64,000 nt of DNA. Source: Myxococcota bacterium. GTDB taxonomy: Bacteria; Myxococcota_A; SURF-8. Within the stretch, counting starts at the first letter, position 1, and every line of letters starts with the position of its first letter. Made by a program: the position numbers and the translations under genes. The stretch covers positions 1,696,001-1,760,000 of the forward strand of contig OZ223209.1 of assembly GCA_965140415.1 (NCBI GenBank), read 5' to 3'. The notes under the pieces were generated by a model that made no database searches, was not told the origin of the DNA, and worked only from the letters and a program-made list of their open reading frames with translations. Positions 1-10,520 of the stretch are shown piece after piece.

Positions 1-1
1 A

Positions 2-754
2 GTCGAAGCTCCTCTATCTGCGGGAGAGGGCTTGCCTTCACCCGAACAGATCCTGGCGTTGTTCAAAACCGCTGTGAGAGAGGAAATCAGTGTCGGGCTT
101 GGGGAGTTGAAGGATTCTCTGCGCGAGATGTTGCGAGAAGAAGTAAAGGCGGCGGTGGCGGAGGAAGTACGCCAGATGCAGCCTGCCCAAATAGATGAAG
201 AGCGGTTGGCGCAATTGGTAAGTCGTAACCAGCCGGAACCGGTCGAGCAAGCCCCGGCGGCTGTCGATACGGAAGCGTTGGCGGCGCTGGTTCGCGAGCA
301 ACTGGAACAGACCTTACCGGAATTGCTGGAAAGTCAACCTAAACCGGCTGCTGTGCCCAGTAGCGGAGATGTAGCGCTGGCCGTGGCGCAGGTGCTCAAG
401 CAGCCCTTGGCCGACATTCTCGATCTGCTCAGCACCCCGCCGAGCGAAGAGAAAGAGGATTTGGGCGAAGAGATTCATACCTGGATCAGTTCCGCCATGA
501 GCGAACTGCCCTCTGCCGAGGAGGTAGGTCAGATCGTCAGCCAGGCTATGCAGGTCGTTTCACCTGCCGCAGGCTCGACGGCTGCCCCGTCCGTACCGGA
601 CAATGTCGCCGATGCGGTGCGTAATGCGGTGCGTGAAGAAATGGGGCAATTGATCGGTCAGCAGACCGAAGCCATTGCCTGGGAAGTTGTGCCTGAACTG
701 GCTGAGATCATCATTAAAAAGGAACTTGACCGCTTAACCGCGGACCGCGTATAA
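2..754 (+). CDS. RomR-like polarity response regulator, C-terminal part (5' end outside window)
   Basis: Frame is open from position 2. Pro/Ala/Glu-rich linker ends in EAIAWEVVPELAEIIIKKELDRL, closely matching the RomR-family C-terminal helix. Lies directly upstream of valS. Receiver domain not in window. Confidence 0.65.
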   Translation, partial: VEAPLSAGEGLPSPEQILALFKTAVREEISVGLGELKDSLREMLREEVKAAVAEEVRQMQPAQIDEERLAQLVSRNQPEPVEQAPAAVDTEALAALVREQLEQTLPELLESQPKPAAVPSSGDVALAVAQVLKQPLADILDLLSTPPSEEKEDLGEEIHTWISSAMSELPSAEEVGQIVSQAMQVVSPAAGSTAAPSVPDNVADAVRNAVREEMGQLIGQQTEAIAWEVVPELAEIIIKKELDRLTADRV

Positions 755-875
755 CCATTCCAGCCAAGGATCGACACTAACCTGTAACGATCCATTCAAC
801 ACTCACGTTCGCCGAGCAGCCGGGAATGGTCCCTGGTCTGCTCGGTTTGCTATGACTGGCAATCCGGAGGAAACG

Positions 876-3671
876 ATGTCCGAACTGATCGACAAGGGCT
901 ACGACCCGAGCCGTGTGGAAGAAAAATGGTATGAATTCTGGCGGGAAAACGGGTTTTTCCACGCCGATGAGAACGATAAAGACAAGCCGCCGTTTACGAT
1001 CTCGATTCCCCTGCCCAATGTAACGGGAACCCTGCATATCGGGCACGCGCTGATGACTTCCATTCAGGATATGATTATCCGCTGGAAGCGCATGAGTGGC
1101 TATAATACGCTGTGGATGCCGGGAACCGATCACGCTGGAATCGCCACCCAGATGGTGGTGGAAAGAAACCTGATCGCCAATGAAGGCATTACTCGTCACG
1201 ATCTGGGACGCGAAGCGTTTTTAGAGCGCGTTTGGCAGTGGAAGGAAGAGAAGGGCAATCACATCCTGAAGCAGTTGGAAGTGCTGGGCGCCTCGTTGGA
1301 CTGGGACCGTACACGCTTCACCATGGATGAGATCTGCTCGCGCGCGGTGCGTGAGGTGTTCGTCTCGCTGTATGAAGAAGGCTTGATCTATCGCGCCGAT
1401 CGCCTGATCAACTGGTGCCCGCGCTGCCGCACGGCGCTGTCCGATCTGGAAGTCGAGCATGCCGACGTCGCCGGTGAACTCTGGTCATTCGCCTATCCCT
1501 TCTCCGATGGCAGCGGGGAAATCATTGTGGCTACGACCCGCCCGGAAACGATGCTGGGCGACACGGCGGTGGCGGTGCATCCGGAGGACGAGCGCTACAA
1601 AGATCGCATCGGTCAAACGGTGCGGCATCCGTTGTTGGACTACGAATTCCCAATCGTCGGCGATGCCGAACTGGTCGATCCTGAATTCGGTACCGGTGCG
1701 GTGAAAGTCACTCCGGCGCACGATCCCAACGATTTCGAAACCGGTCTGCGTCACAACCTGGAATTCATCAACATTCTGAACGAGGATGGCACACTGAACG
1801 AAAAGGCCGGTCCTTTTGCCGGAATGGAACGTTTCGAAGCACGTAAGGCCGTCAAGGCGGCGATTGAAGAAAAGGGTCTGGCGCGTGGACGCCAGGATTA
1901 CGCCATGAGTATCGGCGGTTGCCAGCGCTGCAACACCGTGGTGGAACCGTTCATTTCCAAGCAGTGGTTCGTCAAGATCGAGCCGTTGGCCAAACCGGCT
2001 ATCGAGGCGGTGGAAAAGGGCGAAACGGTTTTTGTGCCTCAGAACTGGGAAAAGACCTACTACGAGTGGATGCGCAATATCCGGGACTGGTGCATCAGCC
2101 GTCAGCTCTGGTGGGGGCATCGCATTCCTGCCTGGTATTGCGAAGACTGCGGCCACATCACGGTCAGCCGCGAGGATGTTACCACCTGTGAATCCTGTGG
2201 CAGCGCCAAGCTCCATCAGGACGAAGACGTGCTGGATACCTGGTTCAGCAGCGCCCTGTGGCCGTTTAGTACGCTGGGGTGGCCGGAGAAGACACCGCAA
2301 CTGGAGACCTTCTATCCCAACAGCATGATGGAAACCGGCTTCGACATCATCTTTTTCTGGGTCGCACGCATGATCATGATGGGTATCCACTTCATGGGTA
2401 AGGTGCCCTTCGATACGGTGTACCTGCACGCCATGGTGCGCGATCATGAAGGCCGCAAGATGTCCAAATCGCTGGGCAACATCATCGATCCGCTGGATGT
2501 CATTTACGGCATCGGCGCGGAGGATCTGTTGCAGAAACGACAGAAAGATGCCGAGGCACTTGGAATTCTTCCCAAGCAGGTCAAGCAGATCGTCAAGGAC
2601 ACCAAGAAGCTCTTCCCGCAGGGAATACCGGCTTCCGGCGCGGATGCGCTGCGTTTTACTCTGTTGTCGATGGTCGGCGCGGGGCGGGACATCAAGCTGG
2701 ATATCAAGCGCGTGGAAGGCTACCGCTTTTTCGCCAACAAGATCTGGAACGCCAGTCGTTTCGCCATGATGAACCTGGAAGGCTACGACCCGGAGAGTAC
2801 GCCCAGCACCGAGTTTTACTCGCTGGCGGACCGATGGATTCTCTCGCGATTGCGGCGGGCGGTGTTGTCCGTCAACGAAAACCTGGAAAATTACCATTAC
2901 GACCAGGCGGCCATGGCGGTGTATCACTTCTTCTGGGATGAATTCTGCGACTGGTACATCGAACTTGCCAAAACGTCATTGTATAAACCCGAAAAACCTG
3001 AACAGCGCAGCAGCACCCAGCAGGTATTGGCGCGCATATTGGAAACCGCGCTGCGCCTGCTGCATCCTTTCATGCCTTTCGTGACGGAAGAGATCTGGCA
3101 GAAACTACCCAAAAAGGCAGACAGCCCCGCTTCGATCATGATTGCCGCGTTCCCGTCCGGTGAGGAACTGGCCGATGTGGCCGATTTCGAAGCGGATGAG
3201 CAGGCGATGAACGAAATCCAGGAGATCATCGGAGCGGCGCGCAACATTCGCGGCGAATGCGGCATCGAACCTGGAAAACGAATTCCCATGGTGTTGCAGT
3301 CTTCCGATGCCAGACTGCGCGAACTGGTGGATGCGCAACGTGCCTCGATTCTGGAACTGGCACGTATCGAAGAATTGACAATAACCGAACAGTTCGAAAA
3401 AACCGGACCGGCTGCAAAAGGCGTGGTTCCCAAGGCGGATCTGTTTGTGCCGTTGGCAGGCCTGATCGATCTGGAAGAGGAACTCAAGCGTGTTACCGGG
3501 CAACTGACCAAGGCGGAAAAGGAACTGGCTTCCTTGGTGCAGCGGCTTGGGAATCCGCAGTTTGTGGAGAAAGCTCCGGCGGAAGTGGTGCAGAAAGGGC
3601 GCGACCGTGAAGTGGAACTGCGCAACATCTGTGAAAAATTGACTGCGCATATCAAAGAACTGGAGAGCTGA
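876..3671 (+). CDS. valS: Valine--tRNA ligase
   Basis: PNVTGTLHIGH, GTDHAGIATQ, DWCISRQLWWGH, KMSKS, C-terminal coiled coil. ATG at 876 follows GGAGG. Confidence 0.98.
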   Translation: MSELIDKGYDPSRVEEKWYEFWRENGFFHADENDKDKPPFTISIPLPNVTGTLHIGHALMTSIQDMIIRWKRMSGYNTLWMPGTDHAGIATQMVVERNLIANEGITRHDLGREAFLERVWQWKEEKGNHILKQLEVLGASLDWDRTRFTMDEICSRAVREVFVSLYEEGLIYRADRLINWCPRCRTALSDLEVEHADVAGELWSFAYPFSDGSGEIIVATTRPETMLGDTAVAVHPEDERYKDRIGQTVRHPLLDYEFPIVGDAELVDPEFGTGAVKVTPAHDPNDFETGLRHNLEFINILNEDGTLNEKAGPFAGMERFEARKAVKAAIEEKGLARGRQDYAMSIGGCQRCNTVVEPFISKQWFVKIEPLAKPAIEAVEKGETVFVPQNWEKTYYEWMRNIRDWCISRQLWWGHRIPAWYCEDCGHITVSREDVTTCESCGSAKLHQDEDVLDTWFSSALWPFSTLGWPEKTPQLETFYPNSMMETGFDIIFFWVARMIMMGIHFMGKVPFDTVYLHAMVRDHEGRKMSKSLGNIIDPLDVIYGIGAEDLLQKRQKDAEALGILPKQVKQIVKDTKKLFPQGIPASGADALRFTLLSMVGAGRDIKLDIKRVEGYRFFANKIWNASRFAMMNLEGYDPESTPSTEFYSLADRWILSRLRRAVLSVNENLENYHYDQAAMAVYHFFWDEFCDWYIELAKTSLYKPEKPEQRSSTQQVLARILETALRLLHPFMPFVTEEIWQKLPKKADSPASIMIAAFPSGEELADVADFEADEQAMNEIQEIIGAARNIRGECGIEPGKRIPMVLQSSDARLRELVDAQRASILELARIEELTITEQFEKTGPAAKGVVPKADLFVPLAGLIDLEEELKRVTGQLTKAEKELASLVQRLGNPQFVEKAPAEVVQKGRDREVELRNICEKLTAHIKELES

Positions 3672-3672
3672 G

Positions 3673-4521
3673 ATGTCCGGGCGGCAACTGCATCCGCGCG
3701 ATTATCGGCGCATTCTCGATTTGGCGCTGGAAGAGGATTTGGGCGGTGGCGATTTAACCGCTGAAGCCTGTATTCCAGCCGAGCGGTGCATCATGGGGCG
3801 CTTGGTTGCCAAAGAGAGTTTCGTGCTGTGCGGTCTGGATGTCGCCAAGGCGGCATTTCTGGAATTGGACCCGGACTGCGAGTTTCCCTTTTCGGCCAAT
3901 GATGGCGATGCCGTGCAGCCGGGCGATGAATTGTTGCGAGTAAAAGGCCGGGCGCGGGCGCTATTAGGTGCGGAGCGCGTGGCGTTGAATTTTCTTCAGC
4001 GCTTAAGCGGTGTGGCAACCGTGACGAGTCGCTACGTCGATGCGCTGAAAGGAAGTTCGGTCTCGGTGGTGGATACGCGCAAAACCACACCGGGATTGCG
4101 GACTTTGGAAAAATACGCCGTGCACGTGGGTGGCGGGCGCAATCATCGCACCGGGTTGTTTGATGGCGTATTGATCAAGGAAAACCACATTCGTTCCGCA
4201 GGATCGATTGCGTTGGCCGTTTCTGCTGCACGGGAGCACGTGCATCATCTGGCGGCGGTGGAAGTGGAAGTGACGAACCTGGATGAACTGGATCAGGCGT
4301 TGCAGGCGAGAGCGGAAGTCGTAATGCTAGACAACTTCTCGCCGGAGCGCATCGCTGAGGCCGTGCAGCAGGTCAATGGACGCGCCAAGATCGAAGTCAG
4401 CGGCGGCGTGACCTTGGAACGTCTGGCAGATCTGGCGTTAGCCGGTGTGGATTACATTTCTGTCGGCGCTTTGACTCACAGTGCCCCGGCGGTTGATATT
4501 TCGATGTTGTTCGAACAGTAG
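3673..4521 (+). CDS. nadC: Nicotinate-nucleotide diphosphorylase (carboxylating)
   Basis: ERVALNFLQRLSGVAT, DTRKTTPGLR, EVEV, MLDN, SGG, ISVGALTHS motifs. Confidence 0.97.
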   Translation: MSGRQLHPRDYRRILDLALEEDLGGGDLTAEACIPAERCIMGRLVAKESFVLCGLDVAKAAFLELDPDCEFPFSANDGDAVQPGDELLRVKGRARALLGAERVALNFLQRLSGVATVTSRYVDALKGSSVSVVDTRKTTPGLRTLEKYAVHVGGGRNHRTGLFDGVLIKENHIRSAGSIALAVSAAREHVHHLAAVEVEVTNLDELDQALQARAEVVMLDNFSPERIAEAVQQVNGRAKIEVSGGVTLERLADLALAGVDYISVGALTHSAPAVDISMLFEQ

Positions 4522-4748
4522 AGCCGGGATCGTCACGATAACCGAACGATGGAAGGTCGCACGAAACTCTTGTTCATCGCCATGCAGAGCAGCGAGCATT
4601 CCGTTCGGTGAGTGCGTCAAGTCGAGTTCAGCAACTGGGATGTTCATCTGTTTCCATCCGAGGGCGCACTCTCAAAACTTCACCCCGACTGGCAGAATGT
4701 CATCGTTCATCAGCCAGTATTATTTGAACTGCTCCCCCGTTATATCCC

Positions 4749-4815
4749 GCCATTCTGAGGCGTAGCCGAGGAATCTATTGTAATTTCAAACAGATCTTTC
4801 GTCCCTCTCGGAATG
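4749..4815. repeat. Degenerate REP/MITE-like palindromic element
   Basis: GCCATTCTGAGGCGTAGCCGAGGAATCT ... AGATCTTTCGTCCCTCTCGGAATG; intergenic, bipartite, partly complementary ends. Confidence 0.5.
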
Positions 4816-5155
4816 TTCACACGCTACTCGCAAAAAAAATAACCAAACAATGACAGCCATGAAATCTCCTATAAACCTGCTCTAATGTCGGATTGCTTCT
4901 TTGGAGTTGATCGGTTACACTCATAGTGTTGTATGGAATTCTGGTAGGAATTGTTATTTTTGGTTGTAGGTGTGGACAATCAGGGATGAATTGCCTTTTC
5001 TTGACGGTTGGTCTTTCAGGTCATGAAGGATCGGTATTTGTTGACCGTTTCGTAATTACTCCAGAGAAGTTATGGTTTGTCTCGGTTTAACATTCGTGTT
5101 GTTGAGATGCATATTTTTCGGTTGTTCATGAGACTGCTACCAAGGAAAGTTCTGC

Positions 5156-8100
5156 ATGGTGTTTAAGAAGCCCATAAATAAAAGAGAGTTGATGTTTTGG
5201 GGCATCCTCTTTTTTGTTTCCCTGTTTTTACTGGGAGGATTTGCCTGGGGAGTGCTTGGGTATGCGTACAGCAATGACGTTGAGCAGATAAAAGAGCGGG
5301 GTCGCGATACGTTGGCCCAAATGCAGTACGTCGTTCCCCGCATAGAGGTAGAGCAACTCCAGTCTTATATCAATAATGTGTACCGAAGTTCGAAGCTTTT
5401 CAGCTATCTGTTGATCATGGATACAAAAGGGCTAGCCCTTGCGCATAGCGACCCGAGTCGAAAAGGAATGAGTTTTTACGAGGATGGGTTGCAACGGGCC
5501 GTAGCAACTGAGATGCCGATCGAGCAGGTGTATACCCGCGATGCGGACAAGCCTGATTCGCCACATCATGGGGAGAAAACCATAGATATTATGGCTCCTA
5601 CGTTTAACCAACGTGGCGAAGTGCAGTATGTGGTCAACATTGGAATATCTTTACGAACTTTGGAACAGATTCATGAGCTTTATTTCGGAATTACGATGTT
5701 TGGTGTTTTTATTATTTTACTGCTAATTGGAATCCCCGCGATTTTCCGATTTATTGCCATGCGAAAACACGCGATGCAGATTGAGGGCAATCAGCAAAAC
5801 CAGCGTATTTTGCTGAGTAACATTCAAAATCAAGTCTGGTATCTTACCGATGATCGCAGCTATGGTGATGTCAACAAGGCCCATGCGGATTACCTGGGCT
5901 CGACAATCGAAGCATTGCATGGCGCGGACCTGTACGATCTTTTCCCGAAGGAAATCGCGGACGATTTACGGCAGGGCAATTCAAAGGTTTTTGCAACAGG
6001 TCAAATGACGAAAACGGAAGAATGGGTTGTCAATGTCAAAGGAGAAAGACGACTGTTTTCTCTCATTCGGACACCGAAGCTGGATGAGGTAGGACAAGTT
6101 GAGTATGTGGTTTGTTCGGCGGAAGATATCACCGACCGGAAAAAAGCGGAACGTGAACTGAAGGAAAGCGAAGAGACGTTTCGGGCGCTGACTGAAAACT
6201 CCGGTGACGTGATTATGCGCTTCGACCGACAGTTTCGGCATTTGTATGTCAGTCCAGCTAGTGAAAAGCTGATCGGGATCCCCTCTGATCAATTTATTGG
6301 GAAAACTCATGAAGAGTTGGGGTTCGATTTGGATCTTTGCCACACATGGTGGCAAGCGATGCAACATGTCTTCGAAACCGCCGAGGTTATCCAGATCGAA
6401 TTCAAAATTCCCAATGGAGTGTGGATCGACTGGCTATTGATGCCGGAGTTCGATTCTAAAGGCAAAGTGAAATACGTCATCACATCCGCTCGCGATATTT
6501 CCACGCGGAAGCAATCGGAAGAGATTCTTAGAGAAAGTGAAAACAAGTTTAAAGCCCTGATCGATAACCTCAATGAAGCCGTGGCATTGCATGAAATCGT
6601 TTGGGATGAAGTTGGTAAAGCGTGTGATTTCATTTATCTCGATTGCAACCCGGCATATGAATGCCTTACAAAGCGTGCTAAAAGCGACCTTGTTGGCAAG
6701 CGTGTATCAGAAGTCTTTCCGGACCTTTTACAAGAGTGGACCCCAATATTTAGTGAGGTTGTCTCATCCGGAGAACCGACGACGCTTACCAGCTATTCGG
6801 CCTATCTGAATCTCCATCTGGAGATGCGAGTGTATTCACCCAAGGAAAATCTGGTGGCTGTGGCGCTATCCGACATTACGGCTCGTGTACTTTCCGATCG
6901 GGAAATGCGCCGAAACGAGCAGAGATTGTCGGTCGTGCTAAAAGGTGCCGGGGCGGGATTGTGGGAACTGGACCTGAAGCGAAATGAACTAACGGTAGAC
7001 CCCGCCTATGCTCACATGCTCGGGTACCAAGGCGCCGGATTGACGGTGAATCTGGATGAGCATACTTTTCACCCGGAAGATCAGCCTTCTATACTAAAGC
7101 AACTGTATGACCTGCAATCGGGGAAGGCCAGTTCATTTAAAGATGAATACAGGGTTTTGACTGCGACGGGCGACTATGTGTGGATATACTCCTGGGCTAC
7201 TATTCTTGAACGGGATGAAGCTGGAAAACCTGCAAAATTGGTGGGAGCAGGATTAGATATCAGTGACAGGAAAAAAGAAGAAGAGGAAAGGGATCGACTG
7301 GAAACCCAGCTTCGTCAAGCGCAGAAAATGGAGTCCATTGGGCGTTTGGCAGGTGGTGTGGCACATGATTTTAATAACCTGCTGACTGGCATTTTCGGCA
7401 ATGTTTCGATGGCGCGTATGGATGCCGTGCTTGATGAAGTTGCTGAGCAGGCTTTCGATGAAATTTTCCAGGCTGCGGAAAGCGCAGCCTCGTTGACTCG
7501 CCAATTGCTTGCGTTCTCACGCAAGCAGATGATAGAACCTCGCGTGTTGGATGTGAACGATCTGATTTCCAATCTCTCCAAGATGCTTCGCCGACTTATC
7601 GGGGAAGATATCGAATTGAAATTTACACCCAAGCCGGATACAGGGAATATTCGGATCGATCCCGGTCAGGCGGAACAAATACTCGTCAATCTGGCTGTCA
7701 ACGCCCGAGATGCCATGCCGGATGGTGGAAAACTGACGATGGAAGTTGCCAACGTCGTGCTCGATGAAAGTTACCTGGACGAGCACGCTCATTCCAAACC
7801 GGGCGAGTATGTGATGCTGGCGGTGTCGGACAATGGGATCGGAATGGATGAAGAAGTACGTTCTCAGATTTTCGAACCGTTTTTCACCACAAAAGGAAAA
7901 GGGAAAGGTACTGGGCTGGGATTGGCCACGGTGTTTGGAATTGTAAAGCAGAATAACGGGAACATCGAAGTGTATTCCGAACCTGGTGTGGGAACGACGT
8001 TCAAAGCATATTTTCCTCGAGTTCATGCTGAAGTAGAATCGCTGGTAAAGAAAGTGGAAAAGGAATTGATAACCGGAAATGAAACGCTGGTTTTAGTTGA

Positions 8101-8443
8101 AGATGAACCGATGGTTCGGAAACTTGGCGAGCGTGCATTGGTTCGGCATGGATACAAGGTTTATGCATACCCGGATGGGGATCACGCTCTGGAAGAATTG
8201 AAAGCGCTTGATGCCAAGGTGGATTTGCTGATCACCGATGTCGTTATGCCCGGTGTGAGTGGAAAGGTTCTGGCGGAAAAAGTGCGGGAAATGCGTCCTG
8301 GGACCAAAGTGCTGTTTACCAGTGGCTACACCGAGGATGCCATCGCGCATCACGGTGTTTTGGATGAAGGGATCCAGTTTATCGGAAAGCCTTTCACGCC
8401 GCGAAAGCTGGCTGAAAAGGTTCGAGAAGTTTTAGATGGATAA
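5156..8443 (+). CDS. Membrane-bound hybrid sensor histidine kinase (Cache-like periplasmic domain, four PAS/PAC, HisKA, HATPase, receiver)
   Basis: Two TM segments; PAC ends DITDRK/DISTRK/DITAR/DISDRK; H-box GGVAHDFNNLL; NLAVNARDAM; FFTTKGKGKGTGLGL; receiver VEDE..TDVVMP..KPF. Confidence 0.95.
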   Translation: MVFKKPINKRELMFWGILFFVSLFLLGGFAWGVLGYAYSNDVEQIKERGRDTLAQMQYVVPRIEVEQLQSYINNVYRSSKLFSYLLIMDTKGLALAHSDPSRKGMSFYEDGLQRAVATEMPIEQVYTRDADKPDSPHHGEKTIDIMAPTFNQRGEVQYVVNIGISLRTLEQIHELYFGITMFGVFIILLLIGIPAIFRFIAMRKHAMQIEGNQQNQRILLSNIQNQVWYLTDDRSYGDVNKAHADYLGSTIEALHGADLYDLFPKEIADDLRQGNSKVFATGQMTKTEEWVVNVKGERRLFSLIRTPKLDEVGQVEYVVCSAEDITDRKKAERELKESEETFRALTENSGDVIMRFDRQFRHLYVSPASEKLIGIPSDQFIGKTHEELGFDLDLCHTWWQAMQHVFETAEVIQIEFKIPNGVWIDWLLMPEFDSKGKVKYVITSARDISTRKQSEEILRESENKFKALIDNLNEAVALHEIVWDEVGKACDFIYLDCNPAYECLTKRAKSDLVGKRVSEVFPDLLQEWTPIFSEVVSSGEPTTLTSYSAYLNLHLEMRVYSPKENLVAVALSDITARVLSDREMRRNEQRLSVVLKGAGAGLWELDLKRNELTVDPAYAHMLGYQGAGLTVNLDEHTFHPEDQPSILKQLYDLQSGKASSFKDEYRVLTATGDYVWIYSWATILERDEAGKPAKLVGAGLDISDRKKEEEERDRLETQLRQAQKMESIGRLAGGVAHDFNNLLTGIFGNVSMARMDAVLDEVAEQAFDEIFQAAESAASLTRQLLAFSRKQMIEPRVLDVNDLISNLSKMLRRLIGEDIELKFTPKPDTGNIRIDPGQAEQILVNLAVNARDAMPDGGKLTMEVANVVLDESYLDEHAHSKPGEYVMLAVSDNGIGMDEEVRSQIFEPFFTTKGKGKGTGLGLATVFGIVKQNNGNIEVYSEPGVGTTFKAYFPRVHAEVESLVKKVEKELITGNETLVLVEDEPMVRKLGERALVRHGYKVYAYPDGDHALEELKALDAKVDLLITDVVMPGVSGKVLAEKVREMRPGTKVLFTSGYTEDAIAHHGVLDEGIQFIGKPFTPRKLAEKVREVLDG

Positions 8444-8650
8444 AGCCGTTCTTCGTTTTCGTTCTAAAAGAAACATGTTTCTTCGGTTGCAATCGTGTCA
8501 TCATCCTGTACAGGAAAAATGATTGATATACCTTTTGGTTGCAGCAAAAATCACGGGTGTGGTAGACTGAAATCCTAGACGGGAAAGCAGGCGCGAGGCG
8601 GGCGCGTCCCCTTTGCGTTGCGATTCCACCTATGTCGTTCGGAGGATGGT

Positions 8651-9133
8651 TTGATCGAATTAAAACGCATTTTGGTCGGGATCGACTTTTCGGAATACTC
8701 GCGCGAAGCGGCACGCTTTGCGCTGGTATTGGCCAAAAAGTTCGAAGCCGAAGTAGATTTTCTCTATGTGTGCGATCTGCCTACCTATATCGGGTCGGGG
8801 TATGGTCCCTACCAGACCGCTCAGATGCAAAGCTACCTGATCAAGCAGCGCGAGATGGAAGCGCAGAAACGCGAAGAGATGGAGCGTTTTATCAAGGGTA
8901 TTCCGATCCAGGATATTTCGATCAGCTATCTCGTTACCTCCGGCAATCCGCCAATCGAGATTATCCGTACTGCCTCTGAACGCGAGAGCAACATGATTGT
9001 GGTCGGTACACACGGACGCACCGGCATTTCCCAGCTTTTAATCGGTTCGGTGGCGGAAAAAGTCGTGCGGAAATCCCCCTGCCCGGTATTGACGGTGAAG
9101 CTCACGAATCAGAACTTCGTAATGACGAGTTAA
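8651..9133 (+). CDS. Universal stress protein (UspA family)
   Basis: ILVGIDFSEYS, IVVGTHGRTG, GSVAEKVVRKSPCPVLTV. TTG start at 8651 after GGAGG. Confidence 0.93.
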   Translation: MIELKRILVGIDFSEYSREAARFALVLAKKFEAEVDFLYVCDLPTYIGSGYGPYQTAQMQSYLIKQREMEAQKREEMERFIKGIPIQDISISYLVTSGNPPIEIIRTASERESNMIVVGTHGRTGISQLLIGSVAEKVVRKSPCPVLTVKLTNQNFVMTS

Positions 9134-9137
9134 CGGT

Positions 9138-10520
9138 ATGAGGGTGAAGTCGGTTGTAATCCTCTGGTCGCTGGTGGTGCTGCTGTTTTATGTGCAGCCA
9201 GCCCAAGCTGTTGAGGTGGAATTATGGCCGGAAACCTTTTTTCAGGTTCAGCAGTACCGCGATGTGGACCAGCTTAAAATCGACGAAACCCGGTTTACCC
9301 AGTATCTCACCTTAAACCTGTATCAGACGCTAGACCCGCAGGAATTCTACAAGCAGGCGGAGCATGCCTTTTTCTCTTCGATGCGTGTGGATGTCGACTT
9401 GGGGCGCGATCATTCGCCCGATGAGCCGAGCAATGCATTGGAAGGGCAGCGTTTCGCCCTGTTGTATGCGTATTGGGAATGGCGGCGCATCGGCGATGCG
9501 CTCGATCTGGCGCTGGGACGGCAGGTTTTAACCGACGAGTTCGGCATGGCGGCGATGGACGGGCTACGCATGACGATTCGCCGGGATTGGTATGTAGGGC
9601 TGGAACTGTATGTAGGCAGTGAAGTCAAAGGGGAGGTCATTCCCGATGCGGGTGGTTTTTCCCTTCCGAATTCAGATACTTTCGAACCCGATGGACTAAC
9701 CGATGACGACCGCTGGACCGGCTTGTTCGGAGCCGCATTGTTTCTGGATGGCTTAGAAAATACTGTGCTGCGGTTGCACTATCGGCATCGTTATTCCGGA
9801 GAAACGGACAGCATGCAGCTTGGGTTGTCTTTCCGACAGCGTATTCTGGATGTATGGGAACTGTATTCGATGGACAGTTTCGATTTGATTCAGGAACGTT
9901 TCAGCGAACTGCGCTTCGGGACGACGGTCGATTTCGACTGGGTTGGATTTTCGCTGGAACATTGGTCCGGGCGTGCGGAGTTTGATGCCGATTCGATTTT
10001 CAATTTCTTCGACGTCAATTCGGAAAAGGAAATTTCCGCCCGGTTTTACATTCGCCCCGACAGTCGTACGCATATTGGAGCAAGCTATGCACGCCTGTTT
10101 CAGGGCGGAGGCGGTATTCTGTTCGATGATTGGGGGGATGATGGCAACGCTTCGCATATGGGGAGCCTGTACGTGAACCGAATGCTGGGTGATATCGCCG
10201 ACGTGCGAGCCAATTATCGTTTCACGCGGGGATATGGAGGTGACACTCAACGTTTTTCTGTCGGCGGCGGGGTGGACCTATGGCAACGCCGCATTCGGCT
10301 TGATGGTGATTTTATGGGTAGCTTCTACAGCCGCCTGACCTATAATGACATTCTTGTGGAAAACGGGAATTCGGGTTTCAGTTGGGGATTGAGCCTGCGT
10401 TCCGAGTTTCGCATACATCCGGAAGTTACTCTGGCGTTTCGTGGAGATGGTTATTCCAACCCCATTATCGAACGGCAATTCGCCTTTTTCTTTGAACTGG
10501 ACGTGCACACATGGCAATAA
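9138..10520 (+). CDS. Putative outer-membrane beta-barrel protein
   Basis: Signal peptide ending AQA; many alternating amphipathic aromatic/Gly strands; terminal strand FAFFFELDVHTWQ; overlaps the cytochrome gene. Confidence 0.7.
   Translation: MRVKSVVILWSLVVLLFYVQPAQAVEVELWPETFFQVQQYRDVDQLKIDETRFTQYLTLNLYQTLDPQEFYKQAEHAFFSSMRVDVDLGRDHSPDEPSNALEGQRFALLYAYWEWRRIGDALDLALGRQVLTDEFGMAAMDGLRMTIRRDWYVGLELYVGSEVKGEVIPDAGGFSLPNSDTFEPDGLTDDDRWTGLFGAALFLDGLENTVLRLHYRHRYSGETDSMQLGLSFRQRILDVWELYSMDSFDLIQERFSELRFGTTVDFDWVGFSLEHWSGRAEFDADSIFNFFDVNSEKEISARFYIRPDSRTHIGASYARLFQGGGGILFDDWGDDGNASHMGSLYVNRMLGDIADVRANYRFTRGYGGDTQRFSVGGGVDLWQRRIRLDGDFMGSFYSRLTYNDILVENGNSGFSWGLSLRSEFRIHPEVTLAFRGDGYSNPIIERQFAFFFELDVHTWQ

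Noticed and set aside
2490-2640. Insertion after KMSKS in ValRS
   Set aside because: Common feature of many ValRS enzymes; not an intein.
1485-2927. 480 aa minus-strand ORF
   Set aside because: Antisense shadow of valS caused by codon bias; no motifs.
4522-4740. Possible decayed minus-strand gene after nadC
   Set aside because: Contains in-frame stops, runs into nadC and has no identifiable family.
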